Shown piece by piece: positions 20,477 to 31,239 of a DNA stretch of 64,000 nt. The notes under the pieces are model-generated. The model was given only the letters and a program-made list of their open reading frames with translations, made no database searches and was not told the origin of the DNA. The first letter of the stretch is position 1, and every line of letters begins with the position of its first letter. A program made the translations under genes and the position numbers. The DNA is from an uncultured Verrucomicrobiae bacterium (GTDB lineage Bacteria > Verrucomicrobiota > Verrucomicrobiia > Opitutales > JABDGR01). The stretch covers positions 768,001 to 832,000 of the forward strand of contig CAVXVB010000009.1 in assembly GCA_963765205.1 (NCBI GenBank), written 5' to 3'.

Positions 20477-21661
20477 TTAAACCGCGACGGGGAAGGCAAT
20501 CGTGCTTGTGCCACCCTGGGGCAGAATGGTGAAGAATTGCTCCGCCTCTTCCTTGCTTTTCAGGTCGAGGTAGTGCTTGCGGATGATGCTCTCGGAATTT
20601 CCTGCTTGCAAGGCGGCCTCACCCATCGAACGGAATTTGGACACGAACATCGAAATGAAGGTGTGCCGGAGGACATCGTGCGTAAGGCCAAAATGCACGA
20701 AAATCTTGCGCCGGGCTTTGGCGACGTTGATAGGGATGATCGGATACCGTTCCAACGGGTAAGCTCGCAGCCAGGCGGCAAGGTTTGGTTGAATAGTCAC
20801 AAGACGTTTCATGCGAACCTTCGACACCTCGGGTTCGATATGAATCACGCCTGTATCCAGGCGGACATGCTCGGGCCGCAGTTTCGCGATTTCACCACAG
20901 AGCACGCTGGGCCGGATGCCCGCGAAGAGGCAGAGCGCAAAGTAGGGCACAAACGCGCCATCCCTAAATCTCTCGACATGCGCCATGAGGTTGGCCGCCT
21001 GCTCCGCCGTGATCGTGATGGCCGAGCCGCGCCGGTGTCGGATGCGATGATGAGGCGTTTTTTCAACGGGGTTGGCAGCAACCCAGTCCTTTCGATAGGC
21101 ATACTTAAAAAACGTCGAAAGCACTCCGCGCCGATTGTTGTAAGTTTTCAATGTCGGCGCACCACGTTCCAGATAGGGCACGAGAGCAACCGGCGAAATG
21201 AGCCCAAGATGTGTCCCGGAAAACTGTTCTTTGAGCGCATTGAGCTCGTAGGTAATTGACCGAACCTGACGGTCGGACACGAGACCACGTTTGGATTCCG
21301 CCCACTTGGCCGCAAGGTATTCGGCCACAGCTTCTGCCAGCGGAAACTCTTTGGCAGTCTCGGGGTAATTCAACAGTGCATAGTCGAGATAGGTGAGCAG
21401 TGACCGCGACCGGCCTTCTGTGCGGCGGAAAGCATCTTCCGCTTCGCGTAATTGAGCATCGGTCAGGAACGTAGTGGCAGGCCGCATACCCGAGGCGACC
21501 TGCATGGCCTTCATTTCTAACGCCGCTTTTTCGGCGGCGGCTTCTTCGCGCGTCTTGAAGTTGCGGCGGATGCGGAGGCCGTGAAGCCGTCCATCCACCC
21601 GCCAGGACGTGACGCTGTTCCGGTTTTCAAACCGGCTGATGACGAATGTTGAGAGTTTTAT
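20477..21661 (-). CDS. Tyrosine integrase
   Basis: FAGIRP, K, HDVLRHTF, GNS and HY catalytic pattern. The frame stays open upstream of the GTG at 21598 to an ATA at 21661 that aligns with the ATG of the 56882 homolog. Confidence 0.9.
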   Translation of the reverse strand: MKLSTFVISRFENRNSVTSWRVDGRLHGLRIRRNFKTREEAAAEKAALEMKAMQVASGMRPATTFLTDAQLREAEDAFRRTEGRSRSLLTYLDYALLNYPETAKEFPLAEAVAEYLAAKWAESKRGLVSDRQVRSITYELNALKEQFSGTHLGLISPVALVPYLERGAPTLKTYNNRRGVLSTFFKYAYRKDWVAANPVEKTPHHRIRHRRGSAITITAEQAANLMAHVERFRDGAFVPYFALCLFAGIRPSVLCGEIAKLRPEHVRLDTGVIHIEPEVSKVRMKRLVTIQPNLAAWLRAYPLERYPIIPINVAKARRKIFVHFGLTHDVLRHTFISMFVSKFRSMGEAALQAGNSESIIRKHYLDLKSKEEAEQFFTILPQGGTSTIAFPVAV

Positions 21662-21734
21662 GCCTAGGTTGCCACGTCAACTGGGCAACCTAGCTTTGGC
21701 TAAAACTTAAGCCGCTGATCATCAGCGGTTAAAG

Positions 21735-22077
21735 TGGTGGAGGTGGCGGGAATTGAACCCGCGTCCCCTGGGCTTTCGAAGATAACGTCTACAGGCTTAG
21801 CGGGTGATTTGGTTTTGAGCAGGGGCCGCCCCACGCAGGCTGCCCCGGCTCGAGTCATCGGTAGGTTACGATCGCGCCGCCGCTGACCCCGGCGCGACTA
21901 TGCCTGCTGGTGCAAGCCGTCCCTTAGCAGGTTTCCAGGCGGCTTGTCGCTGCATTAAGCTGCGAGTGCGTATTCGTCGTTGCCGACTATACTGTTGGTG
22001 GAGTTTTGACAGAGCCAACCACCATCTCTGGCCTGCAGCCACGTCCGTTGTCCCAAGGTCGAATCCAGAACACCCCC
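21735..22077 (-). ncRNA. ssrA: tmRNA
   Basis: 5' GGGGGTGTTCTGGATTCGAC, 3' GGTTCAATTCCCGCCACCTCCACCA, internal tag frame GNDEYALAA*. Confidence 0.96.
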
Positions 22078-22224
22078 GAAAAGGGAAAGTTAGAATTAAG
22101 AGGGAAGCATTAAGAAGTCAGAAGCACGGCTTCTGTTTGGGCTGCCACATCTCAAAGAACGCGGACATAAAGCCCGGAACAGGTTAAGATAGACAAATTC
22201 GTCCTGATTGGCAAGGCTTTCGCA

Positions 22225-23142
22225 ATGGCTCCCTCCGCCGCCCAAATCAAAGCCTCGCTGCCGCAGACCGCCCTCACGCGCATCGAGGGCCTGCCGTGGC
22301 CGAAAATCGGCTCCGGCAAAGTTCGCGAATTGTTCGATGCGGGCGACGCGCTCCTCATCGTCGCCAGCGACCGCCTTTCGGCCTTTGACGTGATTCTGCC
22401 CGATGGCATTCCGGGCAAGGGGATTTTGCTCACGCAGCTTAGTCTTTGGTGGTTCGGGCGCACCGCCGCCTTGACGCCCAACCACCTGCTGCCCAATCAC
22501 GACGCGGGAGTGGCCCGGCGGCTCCGGGACTTTCCGCAACTGCAAGGCCGCAGCATGTTCGTGCGCAAATTGCGCCCGCTGCCGGTCGAGGCGGTGGTGC
22601 GCGGCTACCTCGCGGGCAGCGGCTGGAAGGCTTATAAGCAAACGGGCCGCCTCTTTGACCAAGCCATGCCCGTGGGCCTGCGCGAAAGTGAGCGGCTGTC
22701 GCAGCCGATTTTTACCCCCACCAGCAAGGCCCACGCCGGCCACGACGAACCGTTGACCGCCACGCAATGCGCGGCGTTGCTCGGCGCGCAACGTTACGTC
22801 GAGGTGCGCGAACTCAGCCTCAAACTTTACGACCTCGGCGTGCGCGAAGCGGCCCGTGCCGGCCTGATTCTGGCCGACACGAAATTCGAGTTCGGCACGG
22901 ATGCCGGCGGCAAACTCTACCTGATTGACGAAGTCCTTACGCCCGACTCCTCGCGCTATTGGCCGGCGGACGCCTATGCACCCGGCCGCGCGCAAATGGC
23001 CTTCGACAAACAGTATGTGCGCGACCACCTCGAAACCCTTGATTGGAACAAAACCCCGCCCGGCCCGCGCCTGCCCGCCGCCATCATCCAGCAAACCCAG
23101 CAACGCTACCTCGAAGCCGTCGAGCGATTGCTGGGCAAATAA
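22225..23142 (+). CDS. purC: SAICAR synthetase
   Basis: GKVRE, SDRLSAFD, EAVVRGYLAGS, ADTKFEFG, DEVLTPDSSR, DKQYVRD. Confidence 0.97.
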   Translation: MAPSAAQIKASLPQTALTRIEGLPWPKIGSGKVRELFDAGDALLIVASDRLSAFDVILPDGIPGKGILLTQLSLWWFGRTAALTPNHLLPNHDAGVARRLRDFPQLQGRSMFVRKLRPLPVEAVVRGYLAGSGWKAYKQTGRLFDQAMPVGLRESERLSQPIFTPTSKAHAGHDEPLTATQCAALLGAQRYVEVRELSLKLYDLGVREAARAGLILADTKFEFGTDAGGKLYLIDEVLTPDSSRYWPADAYAPGRAQMAFDKQYVRDHLETLDWNKTPPGPRLPAAIIQQTQQRYLEAVERLLGK

Positions 23143-23150
23143 ATCGTCCC

Positions 23151-23471
23151 ATGAAAGAAGTATACTACAACTTGGACAGCACGAAAGTGGGGCTGTATAA
23201 GTCGGTGCTCGAGGAGGCCGGCATTGCGTGTTTCGTGCGCAATGAAGATTCGAGCCTGATAGTGCGCATCCCGAGCCGGGTGTATGACCGCGCTCTCTGT
23301 GTCGTCAACGATGCCGACTACGACCAGGCCAAGGCGATTGTGGACGCCTACCGGCTGCCTGTGTCCACGACGGGCGGCGACTGGACTTGCCCGCAGTGCC
23401 AGTCGGTCGTGCCCGCTGCGTTTGATGCGTGCTGGAAATGCGAGCACGCGCGCCCGGCCACACCAGGTTGA
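23151..23471 (+). CDS. DUF2007-like protein with C-terminal zinc ribbon
   Basis: KSVLEEAGIACFVRNE; WTCPQC...FDACWKC. Confidence 0.8.
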   Translation: MKEVYYNLDSTKVGLYKSVLEEAGIACFVRNEDSSLIVRIPSRVYDRALCVVNDADYDQAKAIVDAYRLPVSTTGGDWTCPQCQSVVPAAFDACWKCEHARPATPG

Positions 23472-23593
23472 TAATTCCAGCGCCGCTTCCGCCGGGTGGG
23501 GGATGACGGGGAACCCGGCCAGTTAGCTGGCTGAAGTAGCGCGCGCAAAAAATCCGTGCCATCCGTGGATTCCGTGGTAAAATCAGCGTCCCC

Positions 23594-23797
23594 ATGAAAA
23601 CCCAAAAAGGCACGGAAATCTGCCCCGCCCTTGCCACCGCGCTCGCGGCCCAACCGCGCGTGCTGAAAATTTTTGAGGCCATGCCGCCTTCGCACCAGCG
23701 CGAATACAACAAGCATATCGCCGAAGCCAAAAAACCCGAAACGGCCCAACGCCGCGCCGAAAAGGCCCTGGAGAAAATTGGTGCATGGAAGAAGTAA
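23594..23797 (+). CDS. YdeI/OmpD-associated family small protein
   Basis: FEAMPPSHQREYNKHIAEAKKPETAQRR. Confidence 0.8.
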   Translation: MKTQKGTEICPALATALAAQPRVLKIFEAMPPSHQREYNKHIAEAKKPETAQRRAEKALEKIGAWKK

Positions 23798-24266
23798 TCC
23801 GTTGGGTCGGGACGCCTTTCCGAAACGGCCGTTTTTCCATTGATTTTCCCTTAATGCTGCCATCACCCGTCGTGCATGAAGGTGCGGACATTGTAGGTCG
23901 CCTCGGGTTTGGCGGGGGGAATATCCGCCTCACCATTGGGCACTTCACTGAGCCAGGTGTCCGCGGCATACATGGCGGCGGCAGGCGCGGGCTACGAACT
24001 TGCGGCTTTAATCGCGCAGACGGAAACGGCGAGGAGCGCACCAAGGAGTGCACCCATAATTGTGTGGGTATTCATGGCAAAAGTCTCCAGCGATTGCCGC
24101 TGACCAACTTCGGCGGGGTAAATGGCGTCATAAAATGGCGCCCGGGAGTCGTCGGGGCGAGTTATAGAGTGCGTTCGGACAAAGGGTTAGATCACTCCAT
24201 TGTTGAACGGAAATCGTTTTGAAAAAGATTGGCGGGCGGGGCGCGCGGACTTAATTTGGGATTTTT

Positions 24267-25571
24267 ATGTCAAATTCGGCTCAAAAGCTCAAACTCCTCA
24301 TCGTCGGCTCCGGCGCGCGCGAACATGCCTTGGTCAAGGCGGCGCGGCGCAGCCTCCTCGTGGGCGAGGTGCTGGCCGCGCCGGGCAATGCGGGAATTGC
24401 CGAAGAGGCCGTTTGCCACGCCGTGAAGGCGGATAATGTCGCCAACTTGGTGGCGCTGGCCAAAGCGGAGCAGGTGGATTTTGTCATCGTCGGGCCGGAG
24501 GTGCCGCTCAGTCTCGGGTTGGTGGATGAATTGGCCACCGTGGGCATTTTGGCGTTCGGGCCAAGTCGCGCGGGCGCGCAATTGGAGGCGAGCAAGGTTT
24601 ACACCAAGGCTTTCCTGCTGCGGAACAAAATTCCGACGGCTTATGGCGAGGCGTTCACGTCGTCCGCCGCCGCGCTGGCTTACCTCGCCCAAAAGACTTT
24701 GCCGATCGTGATCAAGGCGAGCGGGCTGGCGGCGGGCAAGGGCGTGACGGTCGCGGCGACGCGCGCGGAGGCGGAGGCCGCCGTGCGCGCGGCGCTCGAC
24801 GAAAAGGTTTTTGGCCCGAGCGGCGATGAGGTTTTGATCGAGGACTTTCTGCCGGGCGAGGAGGCTTCGATGATGCTGGTGGTCTGCGGCGAGAAATACC
24901 TGCTGCTGCCGGCAAGCCAGGACCACAAGCGGGTGGGCGAGGGCGACACGGGCGCCAACACCGGCGGCATGGGCGCCTATGCCCCGGCGGCAGTGGTGGA
25001 CGCGCCACTGCGGGCGCGCATCGAGCGGGAAATCATCCGCCCCACGCTGGCGGCCTTCACCCGCGAAGGATTGGACTACCGCGGCGTGCTCTACATCGGC
25101 CTGATGTTGACGCCGGCGGGGCCGGCGGTCGTCGAGTTCAATGTGCGGTTTGGCGACCCGGAGTGCCAGGTGCTGCTGCCACTGCTGGCGGGGGACCCAA
25201 TAAAAATTTTATGGGACTGCACGAATGGCACGCTCGACCCGGCGGCGTGCCCGCTGCAGCCGCTGTTCACGGCGGCGGTTGTCCTGGCCGCGCATAATTA
25301 TCCGGCGAATCCGCGCCTCGGCGACGTGATTACACTGCCGTCGGCGGCCAGTTTGCCCGCGAACGTGGATATTCTGCACGCGGGTACCAAGCGCCGGGCG
25401 GACGGCGCGCTGGCGACCAGCGGCGGGCGCGTGTTCAGTGTCGTGGCGGCGGCGCCGACCTTGCGCACGGCGCTCGCGGCGGCCTATGTGGTCTGCGCGC
25501 AAATAAAATTTGCCGGGGCGCATTACCGTCGCGACATCGGCGCGCGGCAACTGGCGCGGGAAAAACGTTGA
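24267..25571 (+). CDS. purD: Phosphoribosylamine-glycine ligase
   Basis: GSGAREHA, GLAAGKGV, QDHKR, NTGGMGAY, EFNVRFGDPE. Confidence 0.97.
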   Translation: MSNSAQKLKLLIVGSGAREHALVKAARRSLLVGEVLAAPGNAGIAEEAVCHAVKADNVANLVALAKAEQVDFVIVGPEVPLSLGLVDELATVGILAFGPSRAGAQLEASKVYTKAFLLRNKIPTAYGEAFTSSAAALAYLAQKTLPIVIKASGLAAGKGVTVAATRAEAEAAVRAALDEKVFGPSGDEVLIEDFLPGEEASMMLVVCGEKYLLLPASQDHKRVGEGDTGANTGGMGAYAPAAVVDAPLRARIEREIIRPTLAAFTREGLDYRGVLYIGLMLTPAGPAVVEFNVRFGDPECQVLLPLLAGDPIKILWDCTNGTLDPAACPLQPLFTAAVVLAAHNYPANPRLGDVITLPSAASLPANVDILHAGTKRRADGALATSGGRVFSVVAAAPTLRTALAAAYVVCAQIKFAGAHYRRDIGARQLAREKR

Positions 25572-25689
25572 ACAATCGAGTTCTTTGCCACTGAAACCGC
25601 CCAAGACACTATACGAAGTTCAGGTCGAAAATTCTCGTCAAGGCAGCGTGCGCTTGTGTATTTTTTGGGTTTGGCCTTAAATTAATCCG

Positions 25690-26727
25690 ATGCCCCTGCT
25701 TGTTTTCCTTGCCGCCGCCATGCTGGCCCTGCCACCGGATGTGAATTCCACGCTCTTTCCCGGCGTGGATACGCGCGACCCGGCGGAGATTGAACTGGCC
25801 GGGCTGGCGGCGCTCTACCCGGGTGGGGTGCTGCACCAGCCACCACAGAAATTGCAGGACGCGAACTTGGGGCGGCTGCCGAAGTCCGTCGAATTGCCGC
25901 GCAACGCGCTCAACATCAATTATGTGCGGGTGTATGACCTGCATGTGTCCAAGAAACAACTGGAGGACGCGCTGGCCGCCAACACAATGTTGATCATTGA
26001 TTTTCGTTACGTTTATGCGGAAGCCGCCGATGCGGAGGATTTTGCGGACGATCTGGCCAAGGCCGGGCTGGCCAGCGTGCCGTTACGAGGAGTGGGCACC
26101 ATCCATAACCCGGCGGATTTGCCCATGCCGGCCAACCCGGACCGGCCGCCGCCGCTGGTGCTGGTGCTCGTCAACGGGCAAACGGCGGGGACGTTGGAGG
26201 CCTGGCTGGAAGCTTTCCAGGAAAAGGAAAGCGTGCTGGCCGTGGGCACGCCGACCGCCGGCCAGCCGGGGACTTACCACACCGCCCCCGGCCATACAGA
26301 CTATTACATCCTTGATGGCGAACTGGAGCCGGACCAGGAAATATCGCCGGACAGCGTTTCCGTCCTCGGCACCGGGCTGAAACCGAGGTTTGCAGTGGAG
26401 GTGACGCCGGAGCAAAACAAGCGCGCGTATGCTTTGGTCGAAAACGGCACGGATGTGCTGGCGATGTTGCGGCGCGACCACGTCACCGCCGCAGCTGCGG
26501 CCCTTGCTCCCGCGCCGACCAACAGCACCAGCATTCCCGCGACCCAAGCCGCGCCCGCCACCTCGGCGACCACCACCGAGGACGTGGGCGACCCGGTGTT
26601 GCAACGGGCGGTGGATGTGGTTGCCGCTTTACAAGTGCTGGGCCGGGTGCCATCGTCAAAACCCGCCGACCCGGGCAAGGCGGGGAGCACGGCGGCTGGC
26701 TCCTCGACCAGCCCGGCCCGGAATTAA
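25690..26727 (+). CDS. Secreted S41 (Ctp)-peptidase-like protein, divergent
   Basis: IIDFR, VLVNGQTAG..E, VGTPTAG, G.G.KP, DPVLQRAVD; signal peptide. Confidence 0.6.
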   Translation: MPLLVFLAAAMLALPPDVNSTLFPGVDTRDPAEIELAGLAALYPGGVLHQPPQKLQDANLGRLPKSVELPRNALNINYVRVYDLHVSKKQLEDALAANTMLIIDFRYVYAEAADAEDFADDLAKAGLASVPLRGVGTIHNPADLPMPANPDRPPPLVLVLVNGQTAGTLEAWLEAFQEKESVLAVGTPTAGQPGTYHTAPGHTDYYILDGELEPDQEISPDSVSVLGTGLKPRFAVEVTPEQNKRAYALVENGTDVLAMLRRDHVTAAAAALAPAPTNSTSIPATQAAPATSATTTEDVGDPVLQRAVDVVAALQVLGRVPSSKPADPGKAGSTAAGSSTSPARN

Positions 26728-26813
26728 CCCAGCCATTCTATCACACAGATTCATTTTGGCAGTCTGCGGGTGACTTCTCGCCCAGGCGGGATCGCTACCC
26801 AAGAAAGAACCGG

Positions 26814-27305
26814 ATGTCCGCGCGGAATGTCATCACCTTTGTTTGCACGGCCAACGTGTGCCGCAGCCCCATGGCGCAGCACCTGCTCGCCCATGCGCTC
26901 GGCGCCGAGCCGGAGCCGCTGCGCTCGCTGGTGACGGCCTCGGCGGGCATCTCCGCTTATGGCGGCGACGCGCCCTCGCTAAATTCCGTGCGCGTGCTGG
27001 AGAGCGTAGGCATAGATTTGCACGACCATGTGAGCCAGCGCCTGACCCAAGAGTTGATTGACCGGTCGTTCGCGCTTTTTTGCATGACCTCGACCCACCG
27101 GCTGTTGATCGAGACGCAGTTTCAGGCCACCACCCCGCATATCTACCTGATGCGCGAGTTCATGCCGCCCGGCGTCGAAAAGGAAATCCCCGACCCCTAC
27201 GGGTTGGAGCGCGAGGCCTACGAAGTCTGCCGCGACTCGATGGTCGAGGCCGTGCCATCGATCCTGGCTTTTTTACGGAAAGAATATAAGCATAATGGAA
27301 AATGA
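26814..27305 (+). CDS. Low-molecular-weight protein Arg/Tyr phosphatase
   Basis: CTANVCRS P-loop and DPY motif; lies upstream of rpiB. Confidence 0.9.
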   Translation: MSARNVITFVCTANVCRSPMAQHLLAHALGAEPEPLRSLVTASAGISAYGGDAPSLNSVRVLESVGIDLHDHVSQRLTQELIDRSFALFCMTSTHRLLIETQFQATTPHIYLMREFMPPGVEKEIPDPYGLEREAYEVCRDSMVEAVPSILAFLRKEYKHNGK

Positions 27306-27449
27306 AAGATGGAAAATGGAAAAATCAATTCATCCAGTCAACCGATTTTTCAAAAGCTTGGTCAGTTGCCTTTTTTCCTTTTTCCATTCCTCCATTTCTT
27401 TGCCTTTCTTTTTCCATCTTTCCTTTTCCATCTTCCATTCCTTTATTCC
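27294..27449. repeat. Inverted clusters of short tandem heptamer-like repeats (ATGGAAA / TTTCCAT)
   Basis: A purine block AATGGAAAATGAAAGATGGAAAATGGAAAA faces a pyrimidine block TTTCCATTCC...TTCCATCTTCCATT. Confidence 0.65.
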
Positions 27450-27488
27450 TTTGCTAACTTCGCGTCTTCGCGGTGAAATAACTCCCTC

Positions 27489-27929
27489 ATGAAAATCTCC
27501 CTCGGAGCGGACCACGGCGGCGTGGACTTGAAGGACGCGCTCGCGCAGGTGCTGCGCACGGCGGGCCTCGGAGTCCTGGACCGCGGCACGCACGGGCACG
27601 ATTCGGTGGACTACCCGGATTTCGCCGTGGCCGTCGCGCGCGACGTGGCCGGCGGAGTGGCCGAGCGCGGCATCCTCGTCTGCACCACCGGCATCGGCGT
27701 GTGCATCGCCGCGAACAAAATCCATCAAGTCCGCGCCGCCTTGTGCTTCAACGAGGACGGCGCGGAATTTTGCCGTCGGCACAACAACGCCAACGTCCTC
27801 TGCTTCGGCCAGAAATACATCACCCCCTACATGGCGCAAAAGATGGCGATGATTTTCCTCAACACCGCCTTCGAAGGCGGCCGCCACGAACGGCGGGTTG
27901 AGAAGATTGCGGCGGAGGAAGCGGGTTAG
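27489..27929 (+). CDS. rpiB: Ribose-5-phosphate isomerase B
   Basis: GADHGG, DYPD, CTTGIG, HNNANV, FEGGRHERR. Confidence 0.95.
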   Translation: MKISLGADHGGVDLKDALAQVLRTAGLGVLDRGTHGHDSVDYPDFAVAVARDVAGGVAERGILVCTTGIGVCIAANKIHQVRAALCFNEDGAEFCRRHNNANVLCFGQKYITPYMAQKMAMIFLNTAFEGGRHERRVEKIAAEEAG

Positions 27930-30900
27930 TTTTTTCCTAAAAGCAGCGTCTGCGCCTGTCGGTCCCCCCGATTCGGTACCGCGGTGGCTGTGTCACCGCG
28001 TTCCACGAGGGCTATTTCTTGGGGTGTGAGTTCATAAAGTTGATAGACCAACTGGTCAATATCGCGGTCGGTCTTGGTCAGGGCATTTTGGAGGGCGGCC
28101 CTTTCCTTGTCGGACTTCGCCGTGCGCGCCGCCGGGGTGAGCGTCAGCATTTTATCCACCAGCGCGACGAGTCGGTCGTGCTTGATTTTCTCCGCCGGGA
28201 TTTTTAAATCCAGCGCAACAATCGGAAATGCCGCCAACTCGTTCACCTTAAATTGGGGGAAGATTTTCCGTTGGAATTTATCGAATTTCTTTTGGAACCA
28301 ATAGGAAATCAATCTAGAGTTCAGCACACCCAGCAGAAATTCGGGCGTGAGGGTTTTGGAGGAAAAAACCACCATGCTGTTGATGTCGTTGTAAAATGAC
28401 TCCTTCGTCAATACCGCCGAGATATGGTAGGGGGCGGCGGCCGGGATTTGTCGCACCAGAATCCGCGGCCCGGTAAAAGGCACCGAATGCCTTGGCTCGG
28501 CAATCCAATCGCCATAAGCCAGCCATTCCCCCGACCACCCCAGATGGTAGCGGCCCACGTCAATACCGTCCAAATAACGCCCATAGGATGCGTTCTTTTT
28601 ATTTCGCGCATGAAAAACCCGTTCCCGTTTCTGTTTATCCGTTTGCCGTGGGTTCCCTTTGCCAATCTGGTAGACCTTCAATCCCGTTGAGACCGTGGCA
28701 TACTGTTCCAAAGGCAGGGAGCGCGATTCCATTTTTTTCAAAATGGCCGACCCGTCCCGATCATTGAGCAGACTGATTTGAATGATATAGTCTGGGGCGG
28801 TGATCGCCTCCGTTGGTGTGTTGGTTTCGCTCACAATTTTGCCGCTTTTCATCTGACCTAGGCGGAGGGCCGTGGGATGAGACTTGGCCAAGGTGACGAC
28901 GCAAGTGTCCACATCGGCGGCTTCAAACACCCGGTCGAGAATATTCACAATGTGCAGGTTTCCCGATTCCGCCAGGATAAAGCGTCGCAAAGGGGAGAAA
29001 CTGCTGATCGTCAGCCAATTATTGGGGGTGATGAATCCGAACGTCCTTCGTCTTTTAACATCCGATACGAACCTTCAAGAAAAATACCGAAGGTGTTCAA
29101 TTGGTTGCTTTGATGGCGTTAATTCGCGTAATAATAAGTTTTCTCCTCGTCGCGAATGCCTTGATTGCGGGTGAAAATATACGGCGGATTCCCAACCACC
29201 GCGTCAAATCCGCCGTTTTTCATGATGGACGGAAACTGGACATCCCAGTCCCCGGCATTGACGCGCACCAGCTCATCCGGGTCGAGGGAAAAGTCAGAGG
29301 CAATGAGCGAATTGAAACACTTGATGTTCTGATCCAGCGGCGGCAGGAGCGGAGCGCCGCGAAAAAGTTCTGTTTGCGCCCGCAAGGTTTCCCGGTTTTC
29401 ACCCTCCAGCATTTTGAGGTAAAGAGACAAGTGCGTGACCTCGACCGCCTGGGCGTCAATATCCACGCCGAAAATATTGCTTTCCAAAATGCGGCGTTTG
29501 AGGGCCGTCGTAAGCCGGACGTTGCCAGCGGTGTCAATGTAGCAATCTTCCTTCCGGCGCTTCTCCTGGTTTTTTGTAAAATAGTCGAGGTAATGCTTCA
29601 TCATGCGTTCGTAAGCGCAGAGCAAAAAGGAGCCGGAACCGCAGGCCGGATCTACAATCCGCATTTTTTCCGCCTCTTTCGGCGTCGTCTCTCCGAGCAT
29701 CAACCCGACGGTCTGCTCGACGATGTAATCCACAATGTAGCGCGGCGTGTAATAGACGCCGCCCGCTTTGCGCACTTCGGGCTTTTCATCAATTTTGGCG
29801 CCCCGGCCCTGCGGAACGAGAATTTTGCCCAGAAAGCGTTCATAAGCGTCACCGAGAATTTCGACTTTAATGTCGGCAAAGTTATAGCCTGTGTCATCGT
29901 CGGTCAAATCGACTATAAAATTTGCCAGCCATTCGTCGCCCACCATCAATTCCTCCGAAAAGTGGGGCTTGAAGAGCTGGCCATTGAAGAAGGGTTTGTA
30001 ACTTGGAGGGCGGCGATCGAGGGACTGGAGGTGCTCGACGAGTTCGCGGTAGAGGGAACCGTCGGCGCGGCCACCGAAACCGTCAGCCGGCGGCTCCTCT
30101 TCGAGAACGCCGCCCCCGAAGCGCATATGCGTCTGCCGGTTCGGCCGGCGCAAACGCGGCGGTGACTTTTGCTGGCGATACCAGCCGTCAAAAATGGATT
30201 TGAGCAGGATGCCCGTGTCAATGCCGCGATCCTCGCAGATGCGCAGGAATACGAGCCGGTCCAGAATGCGCTGGGCGGCTTCGTTGAGCCGGTGCCCTTC
30301 CAACAGATCGGCGCGATTGTTGTGTTTGAGTAAATCCGAACCCAACTGCTGGCGAACATCATCAAGGAAATTTAAGAATTCCGCGTCTGGCGAACGGGTT
30401 CGATCAGGACGGATTAGATAACCCTGCCGGCCTTTAATCCGCAAAGGACGCTTGGGCAGGGATTCAATCAGGCGGTCAATGCTGCCAGTCTTGACGTTTT
30501 CGTAGGCCAGCAAATCCCAGATCTCCCGGGCGCTCGCACGGTATTGCTTGAAGTTGAGAACCTTCCATTCGCCGGTATGCGGATCATCAATTTGGGGGCG
30601 TGCTCCGACAATGTATATTTTCAGTTCCTCAAAATCCGACAGCAGGGCCAAGGGGATGCCACGCCAGAAGGCATCCCGCTTGGCCTGGAAGATGTGCCGG
30701 TCGCTCAGGGCCTCGGCGGGTTTTTTGGCTTCGCAGGTGAAACGGTCCACCTTCGCGTAACGGAACACATAATCGGCGCGGGTTTGCCGCCCGGAATAAA
30801 GCGTGCGCACTTCGATGTCCACTTCGCGCTCGGTATGAATCAGGCCCTTGTCATTGCCCACGTCCCAGCCAAGGGCGCGGAATAGTTTGTCGAGATAATC

Positions 30901-31053
30901 CGCGCGCAGGGAGGCTTCGTTGTAATCGGGCGAGGTGACTTCGGGAAAGCGGCGGTCGAATTGCTCGACGAGCCGGTTAAGCTCGTGCTGGAAGGTCTCG
31001 AATGTCGGAGCGTCGGGCATACGGTGAAGATGCAACGCAGGGAATAATGTCAT
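27926..31053 (-). pseudogene. Type IIG (Eco57I/TaqI-C-like) fused restriction-modification enzyme with two lesions
   Basis: N-terminal AD..EAK nuclease motif, YYTP, DPACGSGSFL, NPPY, C-terminal TRD. In-frame TAA at 29119-29121 plus a missing base near 29042. Confidence 0.85.
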
Positions 31054-31239
31054 AAGGACGTGTTTGTCAAACCAGCCCGGCCAGAGGTATCGAAAAAATG
31101 ACGATGCGTCCCCTTAACTTAGCGCCATTCGCCAGAAGTCCACGGCTAATTTCGAGTCGTCGCTCGGTGACTGCACAAAAAGTGAGATGCACCTACTACC
31201 CAATAACTTGCTTGTTTTTCATTTTGGAAGAGGATAACA

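Larger units (their letters stand above)
17556..21759. mobile_element. Integrative element in the tmRNA 3' end
   Basis: 22 bp direct repeat TGGAGGTGGCGGGAATTGAACC at 17556-17577 and 21738-21759; integrase adjacent to ssrA; tandem TGGGCAACCT arm-like sites at 17695-17715. Confidence 0.93.

Noticed and set aside
23800..24075. Possible decayed secreted-protein gene on the minus strand (MNTHTIMGALLGALLAVSV...)
   Set aside because: Signal-like start but several stops; the family cannot be supported.
27295..27492. 65 aa ORF MENERWKMEK...
   Set aside because: Translation of a low-complexity repeat.
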